From IMG/VR virus record IMGVR_UViG_3300005758_001162, positions 1 through 32,123 of that record: a stretch of 32,123 bases of DNA; one strand, 5' to 3'. The notes under the pieces were generated by a model. The model saw only the letters and a program-made list of their open reading frames with translations, did not search any database and was not told the origin of the DNA. The position numbers were made by a program, and so were the translations under genes. Position 1 is the first letter of the stretch. Every line of letters begins with the position of its first letter. Positions 1 to 9,330 of this stretch are shown here, piece after piece. The DNA is from a virus. Its lineage: Duplodnaviria; Caudoviricetes.

Positions 1-164
1 TAGTAGCGACTCAGTGGTTGGAAACTTTCAATATGCTCTAGGTATAGATTCCCAAAAGGATCCTGCTTCACAATAAAGTTGCCAGCTGGCAACTGCTTAT
101 GGATATCCAGTGATTCTTCTGTTGCTACTCGATAACTACTGCCGCTCTTAAGAAAATACGCCAC
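1..164 (-). CDS. N-terminus of a probable phage AAA-family ATPase (partial, runs off window start; not in ORF track)
   Basis: GTG at 164 opens MAYFLKSGSSYRVATEESLDIHKQLPAGNFIVKQDPFGNLYLEHIESFQPLSRY with no stop to the window edge. It follows a consensus promoter. It resembles N-termini of phage AAA ATPases from memory, but the ATPase motifs are outside the window. Confidence 0.55.
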   Translation of the reverse strand, partial: MAYFLKSGSSYRVATEESLDIHKQLPAGNFIVKQDPFGNLYLEHIESFQPLSRY

Positions 165-199
165 TTTAAAATTCCCTAAATGTGTGTTACTGTATTTTC

Positions 200-228
200 A
201 TTATACAATAACATAGCAATATTGTCAA
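200..228 (-). promoter_or_regulatory. sigma70-type promoter TTGACA-N17-TATAAT
   Basis: Exact consensus on the minus strand (tgtcaa 223-228, attata 200-205) upstream of the ORF starting at 164. Confidence 0.8.
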
Positions 229-705
229 TCAATTTTCTCGGTATCGTTTAGTATTTTCTGCTTGCCACACACGCTCGCGTAAATTACTACTGCTGAAACT
301 GTGATCTCTGCTGTTGAATACCAATTCAATATCTCGATTGTAGCAAATCTGTTTGCCCGTAAAGTCCTTGTTTTCATATTCAACACCGAGAATACGCACA
401 TCAATGGGTAGTGTTAAAAGAATGTCTTCAACATCTTTTTCAGTTTGATACACAACAATTTCATCTACAAAGCGACAAGCACTAACTTGAATCTGTCGTT
501 CTAGAATACTTTGCACTGGCGGGTTCTTTGAGTCAGGTCGATCAATGGTAGGATCAGTTTGAAGTGCTGCAATCAAATAATCACAATGGTTCTTGGCTTC
601 GCTGAGCATGGCAATATGGCCAGCATGGAATAAATCAAACGTGCTGAATGTAATACCGATGCGCTTGCCCTGTGCTTTTAGTTCTTTAACTTTGTTAAAT
701 ATCAC
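229..705 (-). CDS. cytidylyltransferase (TagD/glycerol-3-phosphate cytidylyltransferase-like)
   Basis: TFDLFHAGH (HIGH motif), ER..Q...CRFVDE and the C-terminal R.H.FSSS.LR motif. Confidence 0.85.
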   Translation of the reverse strand: MIFNKVKELKAQGKRIGITFSTFDLFHAGHIAMLSEAKNHCDYLIAALQTDPTIDRPDSKNPPVQSILERQIQVSACRFVDEIVVYQTEKDVEDILLTLPIDVRILGVEYENKDFTGKQICYNRDIELVFNSRDHSFSSSNLRERVWQAENTKRYREN

Positions 706-1358
706 TGTTGTTTTTTCGCTAAAATAATTGGGTGCGGCCCTTGCCTTTTAAATTCTACAGTAAAGCCCAATGTGTTACAAATATTTAAAATTGCAGGTTT
801 GCTGTTATAGTTTATATTGGTAACTAGCTGTTGATCTTGTTTATACTTTTTAGCATGTCGTTGAAAATTTTCATTTGAAACTTCGAAGTATTCAACATCA
901 TAAAAATCAAAAAGAACAGCACCACCGTTGCTCAGTGATTTGTGCATCTCGCTTAGATAAATGTAAATGTCGTATAGATTAAAATGTATAAACACCGCTG
1001 TACAATAAATTGCATCTAAATTTGAAAATTTAGATAGGTCGCCGTATTTGATAAGCTCAAACGATACATTATTCATTGGGGCAAGTTGTTTAACACATTC
1101 TCTGATAAATGTCTTACTTACATCTGCACAATATAAATGTCTTACTCGCGGAGCAACATGTAATGCGATTAACCCCATGCCTGAGCCTAAATCTAATACA
1201 GTTGATTTTGAATCTAAACTCAAATAATTAATAATATATGCAGCCTCGTCCCTCTTGGCGTCTACTAGTTCGTTAAAACTAGAATAGCTATTACCTACAT
1301 ATTTCTTGAACATGTCGGCATAGTCTATAGAATTCCAATGACTAGACTCGGACGTCAC
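702..1358 (-). CDS. class I SAM-dependent methyltransferase
   Basis: VLDLGSGMG motif I, acidic residue in CADVS, D-A-I-Y-C..VFIH, and LSNGG. Confidence 0.85.
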   Translation of the reverse strand: MTSESSHWNSIDYADMFKKYVGNSYSSFNELVDAKRDEAAYIINYLSLDSKSTVLDLGSGMGLIALHVAPRVRHLYCADVSKTFIRECVKQLAPMNNVSFELIKYGDLSKFSNLDAIYCTAVFIHFNLYDIYIYLSEMHKSLSNGGAVLFDFYDVEYFEVSNENFQRHAKKYKQDQQLVTNINYNSKPAILNICNTLGFTVEFKRQGPHPIILAKKQQ

Positions 1359-1698
1359 TGTTGCGCTTACCTCTTACCAATGTTTTAATTACCTCAAGAT
1401 CTCGCATAGCATCTTCAAGGATTGGATATTCTTTAGCAAGAGCTTCTAATTCTTGTTCTTCCAGCATCTTCTTACGAGCCCATTCGATGGCTTCGAGTGC
1501 GCCCGGATCTAGACTAATGTTAGTATAGGTTTGATTGATCTGTCGCCAAGTGCTGCCATCGTACACTTCAATCATGTGATTGTTGTAGCGTATCTCACCG
1601 CTAGCGGGATTACCAGGCGGCGATGCCATCATATAAATTTGGTTGGCATGACCACCTTGCACCACAATGCCCGGGCCGCCTGAAATATTTGTGATCAT
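1342..1698 (-). CDS. hypothetical phage protein
   Basis: 118-aa ORF overlapping both neighbours, with GEIRYN..EVYDGSTW and a C-terminal helix. Confidence 0.7.
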   Translation of the reverse strand: MITNISGGPGIVVQGGHANQIYMMASPPGNPASGEIRYNNHMIEVYDGSTWRQINQTYTNISLDPGALEAIEWARKKMLEEQELEALAKEYPILEDAMRDLEVIKTLVRGKRNSDVRV

Positions 1699-2072
1699 TG
1701 GTTGAGTTTTTCTTGAATGAATACTGCTGTTAGTGCTTCTTCTAAATTATCGTCGTCACGAACTAGATAAGTGTTCTCGCGATGACGATCAATCTTACCA
1801 TTGTACTTGCTCACAGTTACAATGTGTCCACCGATGGCTTTTTCTAGGCGTAGTGTAATACGCTCGTCACTGCTCCGTTCTCGAGTAATGACATCACGAC
1901 TTGGTACAAGTTCAACTTCATTCTCGTAATCAATTTCGCGAATTGCATTACGAATCTTTTTTGCAAACCATTTAAACATTCTATTAGTTCCTTTTTGCTT
2001 CTTTTGTATTGGCGACTTGCCAGGTGCTTTATGTCCCGAAAGTCCTGTTGCGTACATTTTCCCTGTTGCCAT
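1695..2072 (-). CDS. hypothetical phage protein
   Basis: 125-aa ORF with AAGGT upstream of ATG, in a tight operon. Confidence 0.7.
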   Translation of the reverse strand: MATGKMYATGLSGHKAPGKSPIQKKQKGTNRMFKWFAKKIRNAIREIDYENEVELVPSRDVITRERSSDERITLRLEKAIGGHIVTVSKYNGKIDRHRENTYLVRDDDNLEEALTAVFIQEKLNQ

Positions 2073-2080
2073 GTGCTACC

Positions 2081-2839
2081 TTATTTTCCAAAATTAATAT
2101 ATTCAACAGATTCGTTGCTTCTGATCACTGCCCCCCAAAGGTTGCCTCCTTTGCCGCTGCCACAATCTAGAAATACTGTTGTGCCATTCCTAGAATTAGT
2201 ATAGACTCGTGGCTCCGGTTGAAAATAGTCCCATATGGGCTCAGGGCTCAGAGGCGTTGGATCGTGGCCCACAAACACAGTGATGTTTCTAGAAACATAA
2301 TCACACCAGTTGTAGGACCTTAGCGGATAAATTTGTTCTTTCCACTCGTACTGCTCAGAATAGTCTACCATACCATTTCTGAACACGCTGTTTATTAGAT
2401 CGTTTACTTCGCCCTCCCAGTAGGAGGGATGGAATGCAGCATGGGAGACATAATAAGTTTTGTTATCAACTTCAAAACTAATTACATTTCGTAAGTGGTT
2501 ACAAAGCTCAATAAAATCAATTTCAAAACTTGGATTTTCCTTAAATTGATTAATTGTAATTTTACTGGGCCAGCCTATGGGGTGACTATTGTCGTCCAGC
2601 CAGCGGCGTACTTTCCATTCATGATTACCCCATATGGCATAGGCTTTTTGTTCCCTAATAAGTTTAAGCATATCATTAACAACCGGTGCACCTTCGTATC
2701 CGTTGTCAATTAAGTCGCCAACAGCAATCAGCGTTAAATTATGCGTCTTTGCATACTCCACTGCTCTAGCAAATGGTGAATATACCCCATGCACGTCTCC
2801 TAAAATGAGGAAACCTTCTTGATTATTATGTAGTTTCAT
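2081..2839 (-). CDS. calcineurin-like metallophosphoesterase (ApaH/Pnkp/lambda-phosphatase family)
   Basis: GDVHG, GDLIDNG, GNHE, SHA, VGH and LDCG motifs. Confidence 0.85.
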   Translation of the reverse strand: MKLHNNQEGFLILGDVHGVYSPFARAVEYAKTHNLTLIAVGDLIDNGYEGAPVVNDMLKLIREQKAYAIWGNHEWKVRRWLDDNSHPIGWPSKITINQFKENPSFEIDFIELCNHLRNVISFEVDNKTYYVSHAAFHPSYWEGEVNDLINSVFRNGMVDYSEQYEWKEQIYPLRSYNWCDYVSRNITVFVGHDPTPLSPEPIWDYFQPEPRVYTNSRNGTTVFLDCGSGKGGNLWGAVIRSNESVEYINFGK

Positions 2840-2846
2840 TAGATTG

Positions 2847-2875
2847 ATTGTAACATAATTTTAACCGCGTGTCAA
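2847..2875 (-). promoter_or_regulatory. sigma70-type promoter TTGACA-N17-TACAAT, probably giving a leaderless mRNA
   Basis: The -10 box lies 7 nt from the ATG at 2839 and there is no SD. Confidence 0.65.
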
Positions 2876-2915
2876 TGATAAATATTAGAAATACTTGCAA
2901 CTATTTGGAGTCGCT

Positions 2916-4805
2916 GTGGCACAACATAAAGATTATGGTTTAATTGGTGTAGGTCGTACACTACAATTGGGCAAACAAGGCCCTGTTCTCGTGGGCAACG
3001 CTGATACAGATACTTTTACTGTTACATTGCAAGACGGTGCTACCCTAACAACAATGGGTGGTGCTAACGCCACAGATACTGAACATTTTATTACCAAAGG
3101 GCAATTAGATGTTGTTTATACAGAAGCAACATTTAAAGCTAATGTTAATTACAATGATAGTAGTCCTATATTATTAGGTAACATTTCCCCCGGTACAAAA
3201 ACAATTATTACTACTTTTACAGTAGGCACAGCATTTGACGATGCCAACGCTGTAGTAACGATCGGTACGCCAAGTAATAACAGCTTGTTAATGAGCGACG
3301 ACTATTGTGAAATTGAAGCTACCGGTGTTTATCAAACAGTTAATGTAGTTGAGTTTACTAGCAATACAAGTCTAAACATTTATGTTACCCAGGCCGCTGC
3401 TAGCGCAGGTTTAGGCGATGTGCTAGTTAGTGTAGTTGACGGTCCAGTCGTAAACGGTGGTGTTATTAACTACGGCGCGGGGGGAGGCGGCAGTGGTATC
3501 GCACTATCCAATTTGAGCGTTTCATTAAACAGTCCGAGCGGTAACGGAAGTTTAAGTTATAATAATACAACTGGTGTGTTTACATTTACACCTGCTGATG
3601 CTAGTCTAAGTAATTACAGTGATACCAGTGTTGTAAACTTATTGAGTAGCTTTGGTTCAAACACAATAGTAACCACAGGTAATGTCACAGCAGGCAACGT
3701 TACTACAGCCGCTGGTAAAAATGTATATCTAGGTAATGCAAGTTCATTGCTTAGACAACTTGGTAGTAATTCATATATCTCATTAAACCAAAACGTTACA
3801 TTAACACCTGATACTACCGCTAGCGCAACAAGTGGCGTAACCATAGGTGGTAGTGGATACATACTAGGACCGAACAATGCTAGAAACATGACGCTAAACT
3901 ATAACAGCACCAATGGTGTTGTTGGTTTCCAAAGCAACATTGTTTTAGGTACTGCCGGCAATGCTTCTTTAAATGTACCAGGTATAACAACCACAGGTAT
4001 CACTGCAATTGTAGCAGGTGTAACAAATACACTATTGCCAAATACGATTGCAAGTTTCAGCGCCAACGTAAACAACTATACTCAGGTCACGCTACAGAAT
4101 AAGAGCTCAGGTGCTGATGCCACTGCTGACTTTATCATTACCGCAGACAACGGCAGCGACACAGTTAACTATGCTGATTTGGGTATTATTAATAGCGGAT
4201 ACGATAACACAACCCCAACTAACAGCTTGGGTAATATTGTATTTGCTGGCGACACTTATTTGTATGCACAAGGTAATTCCAGCAACAGTGGTCAAAGCGG
4301 CGGTAACATCGCAATTGGTGCCACCGTAAGCGGTAAGTCTGTCAAAATATTTGCAGGCGGCGCCAATTCAACGTCTATCGTTGGCACATTTAGCAGTACA
4401 GGTCTTGCAGTAACAGGTAACGTTAGTGCTACCGGCATTACTAAAACAGAGCAAGTTCACGAAATATTTACAACTAAAACTAGCGCAACAGGAACAGTTA
4501 CACACGATTGTTCCACAGGACAAGTTTTTAGTCATAGTAGTATTAGTGCAAACTTTACAGCTAACTTCACAAACTTAAACTTGGACAGCGGATATGCAAC
4601 AACAGTAACACTGGTGTTAAACCAAGGTGCAACAGCTTATGTTGCTAACGCAGTACAGATAGGCGGTGTAAGTCAAACTGTAAGCTGGCAAGGCAGTAGT
4701 AGTGCCCCGTCAGGTAATGCCAGCAAAAAAGACGTGATGAGCTTTAGTATTTTAAACAGTTCTGGAACTTATACTGTACTAGGTCAGCTAACAAGTTTTG
4801 GATGA
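2916..4805 (+). CDS. virion structural / tail-fibre-like protein
   Basis: Long G/S/T/N-rich beta-type sequence with a GGGG linker and a tail-fibre-like C-terminal domain. The start is probably GTG 2916 after GGAG. TAAATA box at 2879-2884. Confidence 0.7.
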   Translation: MAQHKDYGLIGVGRTLQLGKQGPVLVGNADTDTFTVTLQDGATLTTMGGANATDTEHFITKGQLDVVYTEATFKANVNYNDSSPILLGNISPGTKTIITTFTVGTAFDDANAVVTIGTPSNNSLLMSDDYCEIEATGVYQTVNVVEFTSNTSLNIYVTQAAASAGLGDVLVSVVDGPVVNGGVINYGAGGGGSGIALSNLSVSLNSPSGNGSLSYNNTTGVFTFTPADASLSNYSDTSVVNLLSSFGSNTIVTTGNVTAGNVTTAAGKNVYLGNASSLLRQLGSNSYISLNQNVTLTPDTTASATSGVTIGGSGYILGPNNARNMTLNYNSTNGVVGFQSNIVLGTAGNASLNVPGITTTGITAIVAGVTNTLLPNTIASFSANVNNYTQVTLQNKSSGADATADFIITADNGSDTVNYADLGIINSGYDNTTPTNSLGNIVFAGDTYLYAQGNSSNSGQSGGNIAIGATVSGKSVKIFAGGANSTSIVGTFSSTGLAVTGNVSATGITKTEQVHEIFTTKTSATGTVTHDCSTGQVFSHSSISANFTANFTNLNLDSGYATTVTLVLNQGATAYVANAVQIGGVSQTVSWQGSSSAPSGNASKKDVMSFSILNSSGTYTVLGQLTSFG

Positions 4806-4808
4806 TAA

Positions 4809-5396
4809 ATGTTCACTAGCTTTTCAGGATCCTTTAAAGCTGGTAGAAGGGCTGTAGCAGTTGTATACGGTCCTGCCCCCGGAGTAAGCCCAGCCCAACA
4901 ATTGGTAACCAATAGTAGCTTTGATAGCGGTACTACTGGATGGACAGCTAGTGGTGGCTTTGGAACATACTCAATAAATAGTTCTAGTCAGATTGCTGTC
5001 ACCGGCGGTATAGCATATTTTTCCTATGTTAGTAGAACACTAAGTCAAAACGTAAGTGTAACTAGTGTGATTAATAATGCAAATACATTAACAGGTGTAG
5101 TTAACATTAAGCACCGAGAAAAAAATGACGCCGGTACATATTCTTCCATCGACACTTATAGCTTTACACTAGTATTTAAAAATTCAGCAGGTACCACTAT
5201 TACTACAAAAACTACCGGAACAGTTAACGCTCCACAGAATTATACTGATGTAACATTAACATTGAATAGGTCTGAGATACCAGCTACCTTTGGTACAATC
5301 ACCAGCGTTGATGTTCAAGTAACTGGTATTGATACGGGTTATTGGAACGGCAACTGGGGTCCAATGGTTCAATACATTACTTTAACCGCATCTTAA
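4809..5396 (+). CDS. putative adhesin / carbohydrate-binding virion protein
   Basis: Directly follows the fibre gene. QLVTNSSFDSG..GW and D.GYW.G.WGP resemble CBM/F-box-associated jelly-roll domains. Confidence 0.55.
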   Translation: MFTSFSGSFKAGRRAVAVVYGPAPGVSPAQQLVTNSSFDSGTTGWTASGGFGTYSINSSSQIAVTGGIAYFSYVSRTLSQNVSVTSVINNANTLTGVVNIKHREKNDAGTYSSIDTYSFTLVFKNSAGTTITTKTTGTVNAPQNYTDVTLTLNRSEIPATFGTITSVDVQVTGIDTGYWNGNWGPMVQYITLTAS

Positions 5397-5614
5397 AATC
5401 CAGCTACCTTTGCTTGTACACCTTTTAGTACTTCAAAACAAACAGCATTAAACTGATCGTCAGGTATATCGTGTAGCTCACGCATACGATCCACAGCACT
5501 ACGAACAGCAACTAAATGATCACTGCGACTGCTGGCAATGTGTTTCCAGACCATCCCGCCTGGCTTGAACTCTGCTTCATCAAGAATGTTTTTAACTAAG
5601 GATGCACTAATCAT
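5393..5614 (-). CDS. hypothetical protein
   Basis: 73-aa ORF overlapping the upstream gene's end. Confidence 0.6.
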   Translation of the reverse strand: MISASLVKNILDEAEFKPGGMVWKHIASSRSDHLVAVRSAVDRMRELHDIPDDQFNAVCFEVLKGVQAKVAGF

Positions 5615-6158
5615 TAAACAGTTTCTCTATATCAAAATCTACTAGTGGTGGTTCTGTGTCCCACACAACTGGCTGCTGATACTTATGCTCAGTTTTATAA
5701 AAATCTTCTAAATACGATATCTCAACATTCTTTAGTTGGGTCATGATTCGTTTTATTTCAATATAAGATCTCATTAGGTATTGCTGATACCTTTCATAAA
5801 CATCAGCATCGTACTTGATGTATCTCTGATCTAGTGTAGACGCATGCCATGTATCAGTGGTTATTGAAATATAAAAACTTTTGCATTGGGCGTTAAAGTC
5901 TTTGCGGCTGTGAATATAAACCTTCTCTGCTTTTTTAACACAACCATTTAATACCAATGCATTGATGTTGTTTGGGAATATTTTTAATAAAATATTATTT
6001 TGATTTTGATAGTAATCAATCATTGATAGAAGATCGCTATTGGACTTTTTATAGTTAAAATTAAAAGCCTCGCCCAGGTAGTTATACCCGTATTCATTTG
6101 CGATATGATTACATATGAATGTGCTGCCGCTGCGTGGTGTTGTTAAAACTACTATCAT
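5607..6158 (-). CDS. sulfotransferase-like P-loop protein (Stf0-like)
   Basis: N-terminal TTPRSGST (5'-PSB-like loop), LGEAFN, and R....Q..S. Confidence 0.65.
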   Translation of the reverse strand: MIVVLTTPRSGSTFICNHIANEYGYNYLGEAFNFNYKKSNSDLLSMIDYYQNQNNILLKIFPNNINALVLNGCVKKAEKVYIHSRKDFNAQCKSFYISITTDTWHASTLDQRYIKYDADVYERYQQYLMRSYIEIKRIMTQLKNVEISYLEDFYKTEHKYQQPVVWDTEPPLVDFDIEKLFND

Positions 6159-6197
6159 AATTTTGTATCATTTATTTACCAGTCCATAAATACTATT

Positions 6198-6686
6198 ATG
6201 ACTGAAAATAGATATCAAACAGGACTACTAAGTTGGAAAACAATTTTAGGTGTCTGGCAGAAAGAACTATGGCCAAACAGAGCCAGTGCAATTGAAACAC
6301 ACAGCGCAATGACATGGCCACATGAAAATACTCAGCCCGAGCATGATATGCGAGTATTTGATTACACACCATATTTTATAGGCGTGTATGATGACCAAAC
6401 ACTAGTGGGGGTCAACAGTGGACATCGTACTAGTGCTAATCATTTTCGAAGCCGCGGCCTATGGGTGCATCCTAAGTATAGAAGGCAGGGCATAAGTCAG
6501 CTATTATTTCAGTTAACTGAAGAAGCAGCTCGATTAGAAGGTGCTAATATGATCTGGAGCGTGCCAAGAAAAACCGCCCTACCTGCTTACCAGCGAGCTG
6601 GTTTTGAGACAGTGGGCGGTTTCTTTGGTACAGAAACTTCTGAAGCGAATATCTACGCTATTAAAAAATTACTTACCGTAGCGTAA
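6198..6686 (+). CDS. GNAT-family acetyltransferase
   Basis: LWVHPKYRRQGIS (motif A) and A..AYQRAGF (motif B). Confidence 0.85.
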   Translation: MTENRYQTGLLSWKTILGVWQKELWPNRASAIETHSAMTWPHENTQPEHDMRVFDYTPYFIGVYDDQTLVGVNSGHRTSANHFRSRGLWVHPKYRRQGISQLLFQLTEEAARLEGANMIWSVPRKTALPAYQRAGFETVGGFFGTETSEANIYAIKKLLTVA

Positions 6687-7202
6687 CCAATCAATCATTG
6701 TTTCTGCATCAGAGACATCAAACGGGTCGTTCTCAGCATTGTCGCGGAAGCCGGGTTCAACCCACATCATCTCAACAATACCGTCGTTAACAATCATGCT
6801 ATAGCGCCAGCTACGCATACCAAAACCTAGATTGGCTTTATCAACCAGAAAGCCCATCTTGCGGGTGAATTCACCTGTGCCATCCGGAATTGCCTTTACT
6901 TTTTCTACGCCTAGGCTCTTGAACCATGCGTTCATAACGAAACTATCATTTACTGACACACAGTAAACTTCATCTAGGCCTAGATCCTGTGTTAGTTCTT
7001 TGTATGCTGCTTCATAACCAGGAAGGTGTGTGCTTGAACAAGTTGGAGTAAAAGCACCAGGGAGAGCAAATACTGCAACTCTCTTGCCCTTGAACATATC
7101 AACAGTACTCAAATCAGCCCACTGAAATCCTGGAGAAGTCTCTGATGTAACACGAACCCTAAATGAAACGACGGGTGCTTTAACTACAAATGTACTTGAC
7201 AT
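6669..7202 (-). CDS. peroxiredoxin (Prx5 / type II redoxin)
   Basis: LPGAFTPTCS..HLPGY, SVND.FVM.AW and GMRSWRY. Confidence 0.93.
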   Translation of the reverse strand: MSSTFVVKAPVVSFRVRVTSETSPGFQWADLSTVDMFKGKRVAVFALPGAFTPTCSSTHLPGYEAAYKELTQDLGLDEVYCVSVNDSFVMNAWFKSLGVEKVKAIPDGTGEFTRKMGFLVDKANLGFGMRSWRYSMIVNDGIVEMMWVEPGFRDNAENDPFDVSDAETMIDWLRYGK

Positions 7203-7230
7203 TATACTTTCTCCTTGTGTATGGTTGTAT

Positions 7231-8436
7231 TTACTGTAATTTCTTTAAAACTTGTTTTAATTCTGAACCAAGTTTTTCAAAATCTTCTTCCGTGAGATAG
7301 GGAGCGATGCTTATCCTTAACAGTCCCTTTGGCGCAAATTTATTTGCTAGAGGATGAGCACACAGCTTGCCTGTGCGTACCGCAACGTTACGCTGACCCA
7401 GTAATGCAGACACATCACTTGGGTTTACTGTATTACTTCTGAAAGAAAAGATGCTGGATTTGGTACTAGCCGGAAACAATGACTCAAAGCCCAATTCAAG
7501 TAAGGCATCTTTGATCTTGTGTTTAACAAAATAGAAATCAGTCTTACGCATTTCGCTTTGAATTTCGTCGTAGCCTACATAATTTATGAACTCGGCCGCT
7601 AAACCCAAACCTAAAATACCTGCTATGTTTCTAGTACCAACTTCATGTTTGGCTATATCCGGATAGAACACTAAGTTATCAAAACTCACATGTTCAACGC
7701 CCCCGCCACCAAACATTAAGGGTTTAAGATCTGCAAAACCTCGTTTAGAATAAAGTACGCCTATGCCAGTTGGTCCAAACATTTTATGTCCGCTGAATAC
7801 CATGTAGTCAACGGGCACCTTTTTAACATCAATGAACTCATGCATTACACTTTGGCAAGCATCCAAGCAGGTGAACAGACCTCTACTATGAGCAAGACTG
7901 ATCATGGTTCTCCAATGCTGATCTACACCTGACGCATTATGAATAGATGCTATACTTAACAGCGAGCCTGGATTACATTTTTCAATTTTAGAGTTTGATT
8001 CTTCTAGTTCTGTATGACCATATTGGTCCAAGATGGATAATACTGCTAGGCGCTTGTTTTCCAAAGTGCGGTTTTGAACTAACCACGGAACAATGTTTGA
8101 ATTATGTTCGCCCTCGGTAATAATAACCTGGGTTGTATTTTTGTGCCATTGCGCCACCATGTTAAGACCTTCAGTGGCACCTGAAGTAAACATTATCTGC
8201 TCAGGCTTGGCATTGATTAAATCAGCAACACTTTGTCGAGCTTTTTCTACTTCGCTAGCAACATAGTCGCTGAGTGCAAAGTCGCTGCGATGAATATTGC
8301 AGCGTTCGTATTCGTAGTAACGATTCATCCTGTCTAAAACCCATTGATGCGTCTGGGTACTAGCCGCGCTGTCAAAATACGCTAGGTCAGGATTGTTCTT
8401 TAAAGTAGGAAAAAATTCCTTAGAGAAAAGTTGCAC
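7231..8436 (-). CDS. sufS: PLP-dependent cysteine desulfurase, SufS/CsdA-like
   Basis: YFDSAAS, FTSGATE, EHNSN, DACQ, SGHKMFGPTGIG (PLP Lys), and RTGKLCA with the catalytic Cys retained (cf. RxGHHCA). Confidence 0.85.
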   Translation of the reverse strand: MQLFSKEFFPTLKNNPDLAYFDSAASTQTHQWVLDRMNRYYEYERCNIHRSDFALSDYVASEVEKARQSVADLINAKPEQIMFTSGATEGLNMVAQWHKNTTQVIITEGEHNSNIVPWLVQNRTLENKRLAVLSILDQYGHTELEESNSKIEKCNPGSLLSIASIHNASGVDQHWRTMISLAHSRGLFTCLDACQSVMHEFIDVKKVPVDYMVFSGHKMFGPTGIGVLYSKRGFADLKPLMFGGGGVEHVSFDNLVFYPDIAKHEVGTRNIAGILGLGLAAEFINYVGYDEIQSEMRKTDFYFVKHKIKDALLELGFESLFPASTKSSIFSFRSNTVNPSDVSALLGQRNVAVRTGKLCAHPLANKFAPKGLLRISIAPYLTEEDFEKLGSELKQVLKKLQ

Positions 8437-8437
8437 A

Positions 8438-8743
8438 TCACACCTTTTCCATCATTATGTTCAACGGATGACCATTATGACGGCTCAGCAATGTGCTTTC
8501 ATGAACCTTTTGCTCTGCTATCTCAAAATTGTATGTGCCAGCAACACCTTTGCCTAGCTCATGGATTTGAATTGTGATATCCTTTGCTTCTTCGATGTTT
8601 TTGTTAAACACTTCGATTAAGAGTTGGATAACGAATTCCATAGGTGTGTAATCATCGTTTATGATGATCACGTTGAACCTATCAGGATACTTAATATCCG
8701 TTCGAGTTGACGATGACGTTTTAGTTTTAGTTGCTGTACCCAT
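8438..8743 (-). CDS. clpS: N-degron adaptor ClpS
   Basis: NDDYTPMEFV, IH..GKGVAG.Y..EIAEQK and HPL. Confidence 0.95.
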   Translation of the reverse strand: MGTATKTKTSSSTRTDIKYPDRFNVIIINDDYTPMEFVIQLLIEVFNKNIEEAKDITIQIHELGKGVAGTYNFEIAEQKVHESTLLSRHNGHPLNIMMEKV

Positions 8744-8766
8744 GATATGCTCTACTACTAATTAGC

Positions 8767-8788
8767 GGGGGAGAGTTTCCCCTCCCCC
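8767..8788 (-). terminator. GC-rich hairpin with GAAA tetraloop after hsp20
   Basis: Minus strand GGGGGAGGG-GAAA-CTCTCCCCC. The U-tract is weak on the minus strand, so it may be a stabiliser or processing stem rather than a terminator. Confidence 0.55.
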
Positions 8789-8798
8789 TGTTTTTGGA

Positions 8799-9248
8799 TT
8801 ACTTCTGTTCAATCACATTAGGTGCGGTAATTTCAATACGCTTTGGTTGAAGTTCTGCTGGAACCTCACGAACCAATTGAATATTGAGCATACCCAACTC
8901 TAATGTTGCAGACTTAACTTCTACATGGTCAGCTAAAGTGAATTCCCTACGGAACTGACGAGCACCAATACCCTTATGTAGGTATTGAACTTCTTCTGTG
9001 ACCTTAGGAGAAGTGCCCTCGATACGCAGCACATTCTTATCCTTGGTAATGTCTAAGTTATCCATAGCAAAGCCAGCAACTGCGAGACTAATCATGTACT
9101 CGTCATCGCTGATCTTAACAATATTGTATGGGGGATAACCGTTTGCGGTTCCGGGAAAGTTACGCTCAATTTCATTAAACAATCGATCAAAACCAATTGT
9201 TGAACGAGCAAATGAAGGTAAGTCTAGAGTTGTAATTCTTGTATTCAT
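8799..9248 (-). CDS. hsp20: small heat-shock protein Hsp20 (IbpA-like)
   Basis: IGFDRLF, YPPYNI, LAVAGF, YLHKGI..R.F.R.F.LA and L..GML.I.L. Confidence 0.95.
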   Translation of the reverse strand: MNTRITTLDLPSFARSTIGFDRLFNEIERNFPGTANGYPPYNIVKISDDEYMISLAVAGFAMDNLDITKDKNVLRIEGTSPKVTEEVQYLHKGIGARQFRREFTLADHVEVKSATLELGMLNIQLVREVPAELQPKRIEITAPNVIEQK

Positions 9249-9253
9249 ATGTA

Positions 9254-9325
9254 TCTCCTTTATTAAGCAAGATTACTAATGCAACGGCTACAGTACCCAT
9301 TCGGCATACTGTAGCCTTTTGTTGC
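9254..9325 (-). promoter_or_regulatory. structured 5'UTR with ROSE-like RNA thermometer
   Basis: UCUU-G-CUU/AAUA/AAGGAGA hairpin occludes the SD. An upstream stem GGCUACAGUA/UACUGUAGCC is present. Confidence 0.7.
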
Positions 9326-9330
9326 AACTT

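Noticed and set aside
77-94. Perfect 18-bp palindrome AGTTGCCAGCTGGCAACT
   Set aside because: It lies inside the coding frame (QLPAGN) as a single copy with no regulatory context, so it may be chance.
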